A stretch of DNA of 64,000 nucleotides from a virus: IMG/VR virus record IMGVR_UViG_3300045988_138000; one strand, written 5' to 3'. Numbering within the stretch: the first letter of the stretch is position 1; each line of letters opens with the position of its first letter. Shown here piece after piece: positions 43,557 through 53,917 of the stretch. Under the pieces are notes generated by a model that saw nothing but the letters and a program-made list of their open reading frames with translations, searched no databases and was not told where the DNA came from. Position numbers and translations under genes: made by a program.

Positions 43557-43826
43557 TCAACAGAGCACGACAATATGATTCATCTTCAAGATATAAGCAA
43601 AGATGAAATAGTTGATGATGCTTCCCAGGATGATGACGAGGGTGTATCGCACAATATCCTCCCACTCAAACTTTGCCAAATGATAGTGTTTGTATTGATA
43701 TACCTCTCTACATATCATTACAGGCAAAGCAAGCGGACCTACAAATATACTGACAAACAGCCAACAGGCGAGACCGATGAGGTCGCGCTTGTTGAGAGTG
43801 ATGAGGTTTCGGAGAAAGGTCTTCAT
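43557..43826 (-). CDS. small membrane protein
   Basis: Start moved to MKTFLRN (ATG at 43826, ATGA overlap with the stop of 43823..44347). Has hydrophobic helices. Confidence 0.6.
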   Translation of the reverse strand: MKTFLRNLITLNKRDLIGLACWLFVSIFVGPLALPVMICREVYQYKHYHLAKFEWEDIVRYTLVIILGSIINYFIFAYILKMNHIVVLC

Positions 43827-44347
43827 ACGCAGAGCCAATAGGTGAAATATACGTCAATGAAGCCCGCCATCTCTGCCCAATACCAGGGTTTGTAGTATGA
43901 AGCCCTGCGGTCGAAGATGTAGAGGCAGAGAAGGTACTCTGCCAGTACGATGAGTGTCATCATCCAGCATACGGACAGACTCCAACCTACACATCCTATG
44001 GCGGCTACGATGGCTCCTCCCTTATGGACAGGAAGGGCGTCGGCATCGAGATAGTTGGGTGCCGCACCGACAAACATCAGTCCTGCGCAACCTATGAAGG
44101 CGAGGCACTGAATGCCCTTACCTGTGTCGAGCATACACACCATCATCAGTACCGCACACGTAACCATAACGGCCGTGAATACCCAGCCATAATTTCGCTT
44201 GCGCTTGTCTCCGATGATTTCACTTCCAGTACAGTTCTGTAACTGGTAATACACGTCACTTACCATCGCTGGAACACCAAAGCGCATGGCTGCGAGAAGC
44301 AGAAACCCTCCAAGTAAGAGGAAAGAAATAACACTTAGTATATACAT
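43823..44347 (-). CDS. polytopic membrane protein (about 5 TM helices)
   Basis: 174 aa, hydrophobic throughout. Confidence 0.7.
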   Translation of the reverse strand: MYILSVISFLLLGGFLLLAAMRFGVPAMVSDVYYQLQNCTGSEIIGDKRKRNYGWVFTAVMVTCAVLMMVCMLDTGKGIQCLAFIGCAGLMFVGAAPNYLDADALPVHKGGAIVAAIGCVGWSLSVCWMMTLIVLAEYLLCLYIFDRRASYYKPWYWAEMAGFIDVYFTYWLCV

Positions 44348-44520
44348 AGTCTTTTTTATTTTAGTTGTGTTAAACTATCTCAAACGCAAGAGGTATGCGC
44401 TTGAACTTCTGTGCAGGCAGGCAGAGGGAAAGCCTGTGGTCTTCCCTCTACCATCTTCATCACTGGAATCCTCAGCGTGAAGTCATTACCTTTAACGATT
44501 TTCTTCATATAGCTATAAAA

Positions 44521-45066
44521 TTAAATTGTTAGTCGTACTTTTTCGGGATAACCTGCCGTAATATCATAAGCTATCAATGCGCCTATCGTCTGTAGCTCCA
44601 CAACCTTGTCAAGATGGGTCTGCGTAACATTGTAGCAGTCTTTGGCGTATACTTCTATCTTACTGATGAGGTTTTGGGCTGTATCAATAGGCAGGGTATA
44701 GCACTCGCCGTCGAGCCATAGGGTTGTTTCCGTTCTCCCCATTCGTCTCAGTCGCTCGTTGCCCTGATACACTCTGTCTCTTGTCTCGAAGTCGAGCCAG
44801 TACGCCTTGTCGTTGAGATAAAACGTATTCACCTCTGCGCTCTTATCGTACTCCGTTATCTGCTCGATGCACTTGTTTCTCAGAGCCTCTGCCAGCTGTT
44901 CTTCAGTAGGCTCCGCATCGGTATTCATATCGAGCAACACGCAGTCGTACAGATACTCACCGTCTTCTGTCTTGCGTTCGTTCACAGCAAGACGCACCTC
45001 ATTATTTTTCCATGTCGCAACCTTCGTTTCCAAAGGCGTAGCATACAATTCCTTATATGTTATCAT
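44521..45066 (-). CDS. hypothetical protein directly downstream of the large fibre gene (possible fibre assembly/accessory protein)
   Basis: 181-aa ORF, 6 nt after the stop of 45073..47718. The function is inferred from position only. Confidence 0.65.
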   Translation of the reverse strand: MITYKELYATPLETKVATWKNNEVRLAVNERKTEDGEYLYDCVLLDMNTDAEPTEEQLAEALRNKCIEQITEYDKSAEVNTFYLNDKAYWLDFETRDRVYQGNERLRRMGRTETTLWLDGECYTLPIDTAQNLISKIEVYAKDCYNVTQTHLDKVVELQTIGALIAYDITAGYPEKVRLTI

Positions 45067-45072
45067 ATCCGC

Positions 45073-47718
45073 TTAGTAATTATTATTGTTGCTCATTATT
45101 CCTGCGTCAAGATTACCGAAAGTGGTTTCCGTCTGTATTGAATAGATTTTTTCGTGAAATTCGGGTGCCATGTACGTTGCGCTAAAGGAAGCTATCTGTA
45201 CATAGAAGGATGGCCTTGTCACGCTCTGTCCCTTTTTGATGGCAGGCACCAGCTTTGTGTTGTCGTAGACCTTGGCATCCGCAGTAAGGAACACGCCATC
45301 CGCAAGATTTGTCAGCGCACCATTCTTCACCATTGTGCGGCTCGTAAACGTCCTTCCGTCGGCTGCACTCGCAAGGTCGTAGGTACTCAATCCGTTAGCC
45401 GAGTCGGCTACTATCTTTCCGTTCACCCTTGGTGCTGAGTAACGATACAGGGTTGTCTGTTTTCCCGTCGCACCCTTAACGAAAAGAATGTAGTTGTTAT
45501 CCTTCATTGCCGTGTACCACGTCTTAGTGGTGTCAACCCACGGAAGATCTACATTCTCTCCAAGCGGAGTCGTCAGTCCTGCATCCTCTGCTTTGATATA
45601 TCGCGCAGAAGTTATCTTCGCGTCGGTCTTGCTGAGCGAGGCGACACCAGCAGGGCCGAGGTCGTAGAGAAAGTTTCCGTTGTCGTCGTAGTACGACAGC
45701 ACGGCCTGTCCCGAACTGTTCAGACCGAAGCGGATGTTTGCAGTTCCTGCCTTTCCGTAGATATTGATAAGGCCATCGGCTATCCTTACCATCTGTCCGT
45801 TGAGTCCTTGCGATGTAAGCATCTGCGCCAGTATCAGAGCCGCATTGATGGCTCCGTCTGTAAAGAGCGCGGCTGTCGTAGTCTGACCGGTAGAGAGTGT
45901 GTTCTCTACCTTGATTTTCTCGCCATACAGAGTTACTCCGCTCGACGTAATCTCCAGTCCCGCCGCCTTGGCTGTGGCTCTGTCGATGAGGTCGGTCTTC
46001 CGTTCTGTATAATCAGTAAGTTGCGCGCCTTCCTCCAGCTTCGGCTTTGTCACCCAAGCTTCAGTATCGCCTGGAACACGTATCAGCACCTTGTCTGGAA
46101 TCACCTCTGCTCCCTCGCCGGTATAGTCCTCTATTCGCCAATGCACCCAGTACCGCTTATAGGTCGAGGTGAGTGCGAGCTGTGCGTATCCGTCAGCCCT
46201 GCCGTCCGTATATTCGTTTCCTTCACAGGTTTCTGTATATACATTTGCATGAACGCTGTCTCCATAGAGAAAAACGTTGATGTTCCCGCTGCCCTTGGCA
46301 ACGAAGGAGAACACATAGTCCTGATTCTTTACTATTCTCGCCTGCCCAGAAAGGGTAGCCGTTGTTGGAAATTTATATTGCAAGGCTTCTGTGAACTGAG
46401 ACTCTGCCGAGTTGTTTTTGTTGTACAATATACCGTAGCAGCCTTCGTATTTTTCAAACATAATCAGTCCGCTGGCAAACTGGAGATTGCTTTTGTCAGA
46501 CGATTTGGTCAGTGCCATCGTGTCCTCCAAAAGGTTTCCGCCCACATAGTCGTAGTCCGTTTCCGCAGGAGTCCAGCCTGTGTACTCGCTTCCTTCCTCC
46601 AACATCGGCATACATATCCATCCGTTACCAGAGGCAGTATAACCAAAGGTTCCGTCCACGGTTATGCCATTGTAGACAAAGATATTAACTTCGATAAACT
46701 CTGCGTTGCCCGTATTGAAGGTGTAGTTCACCTGCCTCCACCGATTCACCTCGTTCTCCTTCGTCAGCCAATCCATTTTACCCGAGGTGGCAGTAATTCT
46801 GTCCCCTCTATTGCCATTCAGCGCAGCCATCTTGAAAACTTCTGAATGAACCTGTAAGTCCTTCGTGTCGCACTTTATCCATGCGGAAAATGTATAATCG
46901 GTGTTCTTCTTCACAGCGATGCCGTTGATGGTCTGTCCCCAGAAAAGTCCCTTGTACTGAGGCGTTCCGTTACCCGTCACCGAGAAGCGGATGGCATTAT
47001 GTCCGTTCACGCCCTGTGTTATCGTAGGCTGGAATAGTCCGTCCGAATAATATATATCACCCTTCCTCGTCAGTGCCGTATCTCGCAGTAGGTTATGCCG
47101 TCCTTGCTGGCTCTGAGTAACACTGAGAGTAATCTCCTTAGCTGTCTGCTTGATAGTAGATGTGTAGGCGTTGAGAACGGTAGGATTACTTCCTTTGAGG
47201 TCGTTCTCCAATGCCTTAAATTGCGACTGATACTGCTTTGCCGTAACCTTTACACTACCCATATACTTCGACACGTTCACCGAGAATGGAACCTGCGCAA
47301 AATAGACAACACCAGCGTAAACAAATTGTGCGACCGCATAGCCTGATGTTGCAGAAACCTGTCCTTGATTTACCCCGTCAACAATTACATCGTTCTTTGC
47401 AATATTACTGCCTGATACAGATACTTCGATATATCCATCCTTCTGTATTGCACCACATTTACAATTTACACACAAATCATCCCTTGAGTTAATATTGCTG
47501 CATTCATTAGAGATATTCAGGTTACCCTTCATTATCTTTACCTTCGCAACCTTTGATATGCTAACAGGTACAATTCCATTGTCATCTGTGTCAAAAACGA
47601 GCGGAGCGTCTTCGACAATAATAGAAACGGCATCCTTGCCAGGCTTGCCTTGCGGACCTGGCGCACCATCCTTTATCGCCGCTATCGTTATCTGGCCCCT
47701 CGCCAATAATACTGCCAT
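45073..47718 (-). CDS. tail fibre / receptor-binding-like protein
   Basis: 881 aa. N-terminus GQITIAAIKDGAPGPQGKPGKD (short collagen-like triplets), then a long beta-rich body. Confidence 0.75.
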   Translation of the reverse strand: MAVLLARGQITIAAIKDGAPGPQGKPGKDAVSIIVEDAPLVFDTDDNGIVPVSISKVAKVKIMKGNLNISNECSNINSRDDLCVNCKCGAIQKDGYIEVSVSGSNIAKNDVIVDGVNQGQVSATSGYAVAQFVYAGVVYFAQVPFSVNVSKYMGSVKVTAKQYQSQFKALENDLKGSNPTVLNAYTSTIKQTAKEITLSVTQSQQGRHNLLRDTALTRKGDIYYSDGLFQPTITQGVNGHNAIRFSVTGNGTPQYKGLFWGQTINGIAVKKNTDYTFSAWIKCDTKDLQVHSEVFKMAALNGNRGDRITATSGKMDWLTKENEVNRWRQVNYTFNTGNAEFIEVNIFVYNGITVDGTFGYTASGNGWICMPMLEEGSEYTGWTPAETDYDYVGGNLLEDTMALTKSSDKSNLQFASGLIMFEKYEGCYGILYNKNNSAESQFTEALQYKFPTTATLSGQARIVKNQDYVFSFVAKGSGNINVFLYGDSVHANVYTETCEGNEYTDGRADGYAQLALTSTYKRYWVHWRIEDYTGEGAEVIPDKVLIRVPGDTEAWVTKPKLEEGAQLTDYTERKTDLIDRATAKAAGLEITSSGVTLYGEKIKVENTLSTGQTTTAALFTDGAINAALILAQMLTSQGLNGQMVRIADGLINIYGKAGTANIRFGLNSSGQAVLSYYDDNGNFLYDLGPAGVASLSKTDAKITSARYIKAEDAGLTTPLGENVDLPWVDTTKTWYTAMKDNNYILFVKGATGKQTTLYRYSAPRVNGKIVADSANGLSTYDLASAADGRTFTSRTMVKNGALTNLADGVFLTADAKVYDNTKLVPAIKKGQSVTRPSFYVQIASFSATYMAPEFHEKIYSIQTETTFGNLDAGIMSNNNNY

Positions 47719-47762
47719 ACTCTTTCATTTTTTTATTAATAAAAAATAAGGGTGAGGTGCCC

Positions 47763-48806
47763 TTATTTAGACACCTCACAAGTAAACGTGCCTCTCACTG
47801 CCACGTCAGCGTTGGACACCGTGACGTAAGGCTTGTTCGAAGCATTCACCGCACTTGATGTACCGTTCCAGTTCGTGGCTACACCGCTGGCATTGTACTT
47901 CGTCCATTTGTAGATGTAGTTCGAGGCATGGTTGCTGTCTGCCTTCACCGCTGCACCATCCTCCACTACCTTGCCGTCTTTCCAGAGTCGGGCGTAAAGC
48001 TCCGTCGACTGCGCACCGTTCACTATCTTGTCGCCGGTCAGCGAATACACCTCCACCACGTACGGGTCGCTCGCATCGAAGAACGTGATGATAGCGCTGG
48101 CGGTATCAGCACCGTCCTTCACCGTACAGCGGAAAGTCTGGAAGTTAAGCACGTCGTTGGCGCTCACATTCAGAGTGCTCACGCCGCCCGAAGTGCTCAC
48201 GTTGCCCGAAGCCACGGCGTCCCATGTTCCTGCACTGATATTCAGCACCTCCCAAGTCATTGATGTCATGGTGGTGTCCTGCACGTTGCCACGGAAGAAC
48301 TTGGCTATAGCACGCAGCTTCTTGCTGTTGTTGGTCGAGTCGAACGTATTGCCGTCGGGGGTCTCAATCTGCACCGTCTGAAGCGCACCGCCACTCTTGG
48401 CCAGTGAAATGGTCTTGTAGCCGATACACGTAGTCGTAGCCTTTGTCTCCGGGTCTGTGTATTTGCACGACCACTCGATGTTCTTCACGCTGCCGTTCTT
48501 GTCGATGTTGCTGGCGAGGTTAAGCTGATACGACTTGCCGCTCACAGGAGTGGCAGCCACACCATCCAACTTCCACGACCATCCCGTACAAGCCGAGGTC
48601 GGAGCCTGGTCTGTAGCACTGCCCGTCACATATACACGGGCTGTTATCACGTTTGGTTCACTCGACGAGTAGTTCGGAGTGTACACACCCGTGTCGGGGG
48701 TGTAAATCTGAGTCTCGCCCTTAGAGCATTGTGTAAAACACTGAACGGCCTTGCCGTCATTGAGGTCAACGATAGTAATCTGACCATTAGCTAATACTTT
48801 TGCCAT
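47763..48806 (-). CDS. tail fibre-associated protein with repeated Ig-like modules
   Basis: The N-terminus NGQITIVDLNDG parallels that of the 881-aa protein. Modules recur, each ending in F(R/T)C(T/E)V. Confidence 0.7.
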   Translation of the reverse strand: MAKVLANGQITIVDLNDGKAVQCFTQCSKGETQIYTPDTGVYTPNYSSSEPNVITARVYVTGSATDQAPTSACTGWSWKLDGVAATPVSGKSYQLNLASNIDKNGSVKNIEWSCKYTDPETKATTTCIGYKTISLAKSGGALQTVQIETPDGNTFDSTNNSKKLRAIAKFFRGNVQDTTMTSMTWEVLNISAGTWDAVASGNVSTSGGVSTLNVSANDVLNFQTFRCTVKDGADTASAIITFFDASDPYVVEVYSLTGDKIVNGAQSTELYARLWKDGKVVEDGAAVKADSNHASNYIYKWTKYNASGVATNWNGTSSAVNASNKPYVTVSNADVAVRGTFTCEVSK

Positions 48807-48830
48807 AATCGTTTGTTTGTTTTAATATTA

Positions 48831-51146
48831 TTATATGTTACTATTAATAGTCTTTGTATCTGATACGCACACACTACATCCGAATTGTGCCTGTCTGTCT
48901 ACGTCGTCACGTGTTATAAGACAGTTCCGGCCAATCCCCTCATGCAGCTTATTCCATACAGCATCATCTTCGGCATCAGCCGATTGTCGCCACCACGACC
49001 ATGAGCTGTTGCCCACGGTGTCGCTTATGTCCTCGCCATTGCGTAGCAGCGTTGCCTTCAGCGTCATTTCGCCCGAACCGTTAATCATCACCGTGCCCGT
49101 ATCGCTCGTTATCATTATCTGATAAGCCACGCCGTCCTCGCCCTTGTCTCCCTTCTCGCCTTTGCTTCCAGATAGAACTTTTTTCCATTGTGTCGAGCCG
49201 TCAGAAGGCTCACCTGTTACGTCCTCCTCTGAATTGGCAACACACACCCAAACGGCATTATTGTGATTTACTTGGTCGTTCTTATGATAGGTATTTCCTT
49301 CTACCCAGTCACCTCTATAATTGATGATATTAATAGTACTGCCGTCATCCGAAATCAATTCAAAGTGTGAGGAATTGATTTTCGTTCCACCCTTCGGTGA
49401 AGTCTCGAATACCGACAGAGATACTTCTTTGTTCTCGCCATTTACGCTTTTTGTGATAGTATGCTTGTACTCAGAGATATTAGCATAGCAAGCGATACGA
49501 GGAGCATAGTCGCCAGTTGTCTCAAGGATAATCACGTTCTGCCTGTCCGTCTTGTCGTACTCAAGATTGCCATTACGATGTCTGTTGCCGTCCAGCACGA
49601 TTGTGTCGCCCTCAGCAGGGTCTCCCTTTATCTCAACAGGCGCATTCTTCTCTGTATATCCGTCTAAGCCTTCGGAATGCTTGCCAACGACAATCCAAGC
49701 AAACGCCTGACCATCGTACAATTCCACCTGTTCTTCTCTCGTCTGCTCCTTACCAGCTTCGTCAAGATAAGTCTCCGTTTTAGTGCCGTATATCTTCTCA
49801 TTTTGCGTAGATACGCCACCATCAGGAATAGTACGCCAGTAACTCTTATTACTTGTATCACTATATGCTCCACCAGCCACAATCTCGCCAATAGTCTGAC
49901 AGCGCACTTGGTCGCCCTCCTGCCAGTAGTTCATCGTGGCAGTAGTTCCGTTGTCAGCTAAGAGATAGCATTTCCAGCCAGCGCATTCTGCATCATCCGC
50001 AGTTGTTTCTACCCAAAATATAACACCGTCAGCAGATACCGATTCCTTGACAGGCACAACTTTGATAAGCTTGCTACCAGCTCCAGATAAATAGATGTTG
50101 CCTCCAGAATAAGACAGCTTGCGTACATCTAATTCGTGGAATATCGCCTTGCCCCAGATGGTGAGGTTCGTAACGAAGGCGTGATATTTTCCGTTATCCT
50201 TCTTAACAGCGAAACCCTGCTCTGCTTCGTTGTCGTAGTCGATGGACTGTAACGACTCAAAGATGGCACGTCCTGCCTCGTCTATCAACGCTCCTCCCTT
50301 ACCAAAGTAAGCACCTCTGTTCAGCTTTACTAAAGCCTCGCTCACCAGTCCTTTGATAAAGGTAATCATGCCGTTTACCGTGTCATCATTCTCTTTGGAT
50401 AAGAAATGGCGTACACCAAACTGCCCAAGGAACTCAGGAGTAACCACTTTGTTGGCTGACGTATCATCGGTGTTTTCTGTCGCTACGCCAACGATTTTAT
50501 GTCCATTCAAGAAAAGGGTGGCGATAGTGGCTGTCGCTGCCTTGAGCGTAGTAAATGCTGCCACAGAGATGGTCTTCAGGAACTTGATGGTGTCGTGTAC
50601 TGACTCATATCTCCACCACTGACCCTCGCCGCCGGAAGCTATCGCTTCGTCGGTGGCAAGAGAACCGTATTCCACAGTGAGAGTCCACTCACGATACTTT
50701 TCTATGATGTCCTGATCGTTCTCATCCTTACCTACATTTTTGGTCAGGACCTCAGAGATTTCTCCTTGCAGATACACATAGTAATAGTCCTCGTTGCCCA
50801 CCTGCTTGTCCGGAGATGCAATAGACTTACCGTAGATGTCAATGCGCTCGCTGGGGAATACCACCATTGCCGTACCGTTGACGCCATTGCTGACGCGCGG
50901 AATGGCTACGTAAACATACTTAGCCTTTGCATCAGGAAAGAGAGAGGGATAAGCCACTAACGGCCAACGCTGATAGTTGTGCCCGGCATCGTAGCCCAGA
51001 CCCTCAATGTCCTGCATATAGCATAGAATAGAAGCACCACTCGCCACGCTACACTGGATGTAGTTAGGCTCACCCATTGCGTTGAGTTGGATATAGAGCG
51101 CACTGCTCGAAATCCAATAATTCGTAAGTTTGACTTCTGTTGCCAT
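48831..51146 (-). CDS. tail fibre/spike-like protein
   Basis: 771 aa, with GSKGEKGDKGEDG triplets near a C-terminal Ig-like module. Confidence 0.7.
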   Translation of the reverse strand: MATEVKLTNYWISSSALYIQLNAMGEPNYIQCSVASGASILCYMQDIEGLGYDAGHNYQRWPLVAYPSLFPDAKAKYVYVAIPRVSNGVNGTAMVVFPSERIDIYGKSIASPDKQVGNEDYYYVYLQGEISEVLTKNVGKDENDQDIIEKYREWTLTVEYGSLATDEAIASGGEGQWWRYESVHDTIKFLKTISVAAFTTLKAATATIATLFLNGHKIVGVATENTDDTSANKVVTPEFLGQFGVRHFLSKENDDTVNGMITFIKGLVSEALVKLNRGAYFGKGGALIDEAGRAIFESLQSIDYDNEAEQGFAVKKDNGKYHAFVTNLTIWGKAIFHELDVRKLSYSGGNIYLSGAGSKLIKVVPVKESVSADGVIFWVETTADDAECAGWKCYLLADNGTTATMNYWQEGDQVRCQTIGEIVAGGAYSDTSNKSYWRTIPDGGVSTQNEKIYGTKTETYLDEAGKEQTREEQVELYDGQAFAWIVVGKHSEGLDGYTEKNAPVEIKGDPAEGDTIVLDGNRHRNGNLEYDKTDRQNVIILETTGDYAPRIACYANISEYKHTITKSVNGENKEVSLSVFETSPKGGTKINSSHFELISDDGSTINIINYRGDWVEGNTYHKNDQVNHNNAVWVCVANSEEDVTGEPSDGSTQWKKVLSGSKGEKGDKGEDGVAYQIMITSDTGTVMINGSGEMTLKATLLRNGEDISDTVGNSSWSWWRQSADAEDDAVWNKLHEGIGRNCLITRDDVDRQAQFGCSVCVSDTKTINSNI

Positions 51147-51178
51147 GATGATTTTTGATTATTTATTTTTAGATGTAG

Positions 51179-51186
51179 CAAAGTTA
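51179..51186 (-). promoter_or_regulatory. -7 box TAACTTTG (minus strand) upstream of the fibre genes
   Basis: Lies 33 nt upstream of the ATG at 51146, in a 166-bp gap. Confidence 0.5.
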
Positions 51187-51312
51187 CCGAAAACACTTTT
51201 CTTGATAGGGACAAAGCATGACGGGAGGGTGACACTTAGATACAAAAAAACGAAGAACACAGCCCTAAAGCCGATGTCCTTTGCCAAACAAACTAAGAAA
51301 AAAAGTATTCTA

Positions 51313-52365
51313 TCAAAGTAAAAGCGAACCATTAATATCGATCACTACTTTAAACGACAAAGCATACATGTTGGTGTTGGTGTCATCCTGGATAGTGGTC
51401 TCGTCTTCCAAAAGAATGGTGCATGGAATCCAAATGCCGTGCGATAGAATCCATGCGTGTTCGCTCATGGCAAACTCGTGCAGATACCAGTCGAGCCAAC
51501 TCTCGTCGAGCGGGTCAGTAGTGAGATTCCAAGTTTCCTGATCATTCTGCTTCTTGACCGACGCACGAGAGAAGGAGTTAAAAGTCTCCTGCTTTGCCAC
51601 AATATACGATTCTGTTGTAAGCGCCATCTTACGGCTGTAGGATTTCGGCAGACTGACACTCTCAAGTACACCAAACAGATTGATGAAGCGTATGGTGTAA
51701 CGGTTGCTCGCCTCTGTAGCAGGAAGCGCATAGAGTTGGTGAGTACCGACGGTCTGCAGTCCTTCCTGCGTAATCTCCTTAGAGACAGACGTGGGAGGAA
51801 CCAGGGTCGGACTGTTACTGAGCAGTTGTTCCGTCTCGTAGGGTGTAGTATAAATAAAGGTGTCACCCACAACGACGGGTTGCGGCAAAGTGTTCGGCTT
51901 TCGGGTGAAAGAAATGACTCCCTTACTGGGTCCAGACTGAAGGCGCACCATATCAGAGAAAGCACCCGCAATGCAGCGAAGGTTCGTGTTGCCGGTTTCG
52001 TCGGGCTCTTGAGGATAAAACACCTCGCCTACATTGGTAAATATCTCACCATTGTTATCCATATATTCATCGTAGGCATGGACGTACCAGCTCACGAAAG
52101 GATAGGTTGTCGGCTCGGGAGTATATTTATAGGAGTCGAGTGCCGCACGCAAAGCTGACGATACATCAAGCGATACATCAGTGCCCTCTTTGGTGACGGG
52201 TTCATTGAGTTTTATGACATCATAGCTGCCGTCATTGTCGAACACGACCTCTACGACGACACGATGAAAAGAAGGCGTATTCTCAAAAGCTGACGGAGAG
52301 ATGGTAAAAGTAATCGGGTTGCCAGCAAGGATTGAACCAGATGTAAGTAAAATTTTCTGTGCCAT
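51313..52365 (-). CDS. hypothetical structural-like protein
   Basis: 350-aa beta-rich ORF between the ACP gene and the fibre genes. Confidence 0.7.
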   Translation of the reverse strand: MAQKILLTSGSILAGNPITFTISPSAFENTPSFHRVVVEVVFDNDGSYDVIKLNEPVTKEGTDVSLDVSSALRAALDSYKYTPEPTTYPFVSWYVHAYDEYMDNNGEIFTNVGEVFYPQEPDETGNTNLRCIAGAFSDMVRLQSGPSKGVISFTRKPNTLPQPVVVGDTFIYTTPYETEQLLSNSPTLVPPTSVSKEITQEGLQTVGTHQLYALPATEASNRYTIRFINLFGVLESVSLPKSYSRKMALTTESYIVAKQETFNSFSRASVKKQNDQETWNLTTDPLDESWLDWYLHEFAMSEHAWILSHGIWIPCTILLEDETTIQDDTNTNMYALSFKVVIDINGSLLL

Positions 52366-52428
52366 ATCTATAGATAAAACAGGAGATGAATGTATGTGCT
52401 GAGATTTTTCTTGGGGCTACGAAAGTCG

Positions 52429-52677
52429 CTAAGACATTTTTTTCTCTACGATAGCTGTCACATCAGACACAAGTTGTAAGTCTTTTGCCTCTTCGGGCGA
52501 AATCTTGATATGGAACATGGTTTCGGTCTGAAGAACGAGATCGAGAAAGTCGATAGACTCAAGAGCGAGATCATCACGCAGGTTAGAGCTGTCGGTCACT
52601 TCTGCTGTCGATGCCCAAGGTGTGCGCAGGCCTTCAACTATATTGAACACCCGCTGGCGAATATCTTCTTTGTTCAT
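52429..52677 (-). CDS. acyl carrier protein
   Basis: 82 aa. RDDLALESIDFLDLVLQTE aligns with the ACP D-S-L phosphopantetheine-attachment helix. ATGA overlap with the KAS gene. Confidence 0.8.
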   Translation of the reverse strand: MNKEDIRQRVFNIVEGLRTPWASTAEVTDSSNLRDDLALESIDFLDLVLQTETMFHIKISPEEAKDLQLVSDVTAIVEKKMS

Positions 52678-53888
52678 AATGATTGGAATTTAGAAATGAT
52701 GAATGACGAGTTGGTGCCTCCGAAGCCAAAGGCATTACAAAGAATATGGTGTGATAAGTACTCGCGTGACTGCATGACGAGATTGAGCTTAGGAAAAGCA
52801 TTCTCGGCTGTGGTAGCCGCACCGAAGATAGTGTCTGTGTTGAGCATCATGGCGGCTTGAACGGCCTGCGATACACCAGCCATCCAGCACTCGTGACCCG
52901 TCATACCCTTGGTGGCTACGATATAAGGGCTCTCGGGGAACACCTTTCCGATGGCTTCTGCCTCTGCAGCATCGCCCTGCTCCGTACCTGTGGCATGGGC
53001 GAGGAGTACATCTATCATTCCGGCATCGAGTCCAGCCGACTCTATGGCCTTAATCATTGCCACCTCTTCCTGATAAGCATCCGGGGTACAGATGCTGGTG
53101 CCATTAGTGGAAAAGCCGTAGCCTGAAAGTTCTGCCACGGGCGAGACTTCATAATCCTCAAAACGCAAGCTGTCGGAAGGCTCAAGAATGACACAGGCTG
53201 CACCACCCGAAGGAGCAAGACCATTGCGGGCTTTGCCGAAAGGCTGCACCTTGTCGGGCGAGAAAACGCCCATGGCATCAAACGACAGCATGGAGAAGGG
53301 ACCAGTCTCCTGTGCTCCAACGACAATCACCATGTCGGTTTGGCGCGCATCAAGAAGCATCTTGGCAAGACCGATGGCATGACCTCCTCCGGCACAAGCC
53401 CCGCTGACGGTAAGCGAGAGTCCTTTCAGTCCGTAGATAGAGGCGAGGCTCATGCTGACGGTGGAATTGAGTGTGCGGAACACTGCACCTGCCCCTAAAC
53501 GTCGGGTGTCGCGCTGTGTAATGGCAGTGGTCATTGCCTGATAGTTGTCTCCCGCCGTAGAGTCGTTGCTGACGATGACCGATACATTGTGAGACTGCAA
53601 GAACTCGGGAAGAATATTGGCTTCCACCAGAGCCTCGTTGACGGCAGATAAGGAATATAGGGTCGGTTCGGAAAGACATTGCCGTTGACCCCTGGTGAGT
53701 TTTGAAAACTTCCAAGGGTTCGGATCATTTATCTTTCCGCACAGGTCGGACTGATAACCTTTCTCGCTGCGCGCGGGGTCGTGGTGCAGACCGCACTCTC
53801 CATACGCCAGCTTCTGTGCGACGGAAAAGGTATCGTTGCCAAGACTGGAAACAATACCTGTGCCTGTGATTAATATTTTTCTATCCAT
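52674..53888 (-). CDS. beta-ketoacyl-ACP synthase (KAS I/II, Cys-His-His type)
   Basis: Start moved to MDRKILITGTGIV (ATG at 53888). Active-site Cys in VSGACAGGGHAIG, His residues in HATGTEQGD and GMTGHECW, and a C-terminal NAFGFGGTNSS. Confidence 0.85.
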   Translation of the reverse strand: MDRKILITGTGIVSSLGNDTFSVAQKLAYGECGLHHDPARSEKGYQSDLCGKINDPNPWKFSKLTRGQRQCLSEPTLYSLSAVNEALVEANILPEFLQSHNVSVIVSNDSTAGDNYQAMTTAITQRDTRRLGAGAVFRTLNSTVSMSLASIYGLKGLSLTVSGACAGGGHAIGLAKMLLDARQTDMVIVVGAQETGPFSMLSFDAMGVFSPDKVQPFGKARNGLAPSGGAACVILEPSDSLRFEDYEVSPVAELSGYGFSTNGTSICTPDAYQEEVAMIKAIESAGLDAGMIDVLLAHATGTEQGDAAEAEAIGKVFPESPYIVATKGMTGHECWMAGVSQAVQAAMMLNTDTIFGAATTAENAFPKLNLVMQSREYLSHHILCNAFGFGGTNSSFIISKFQSL

Positions 53889-53917
53889 GATTATGTTTGT
53901 TTGATTAAAGAATACTC

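Noticed and set aside
44377-44508. 44-aa ORF (MKKIVKGNDFTLRIPVMKMVEG...) in the gap between 44347 and 44521
   Set aside because: It might be a truncated remnant of a small virion protein, but it is short, ends abruptly and has no support beyond an ATG, so it is not listed as a feature.
45073-51146. Diversity-generating retroelement acting on the fibre genes
   Set aside because: No reverse transcriptase ORF and no template/variable repeat pair were found in the window.
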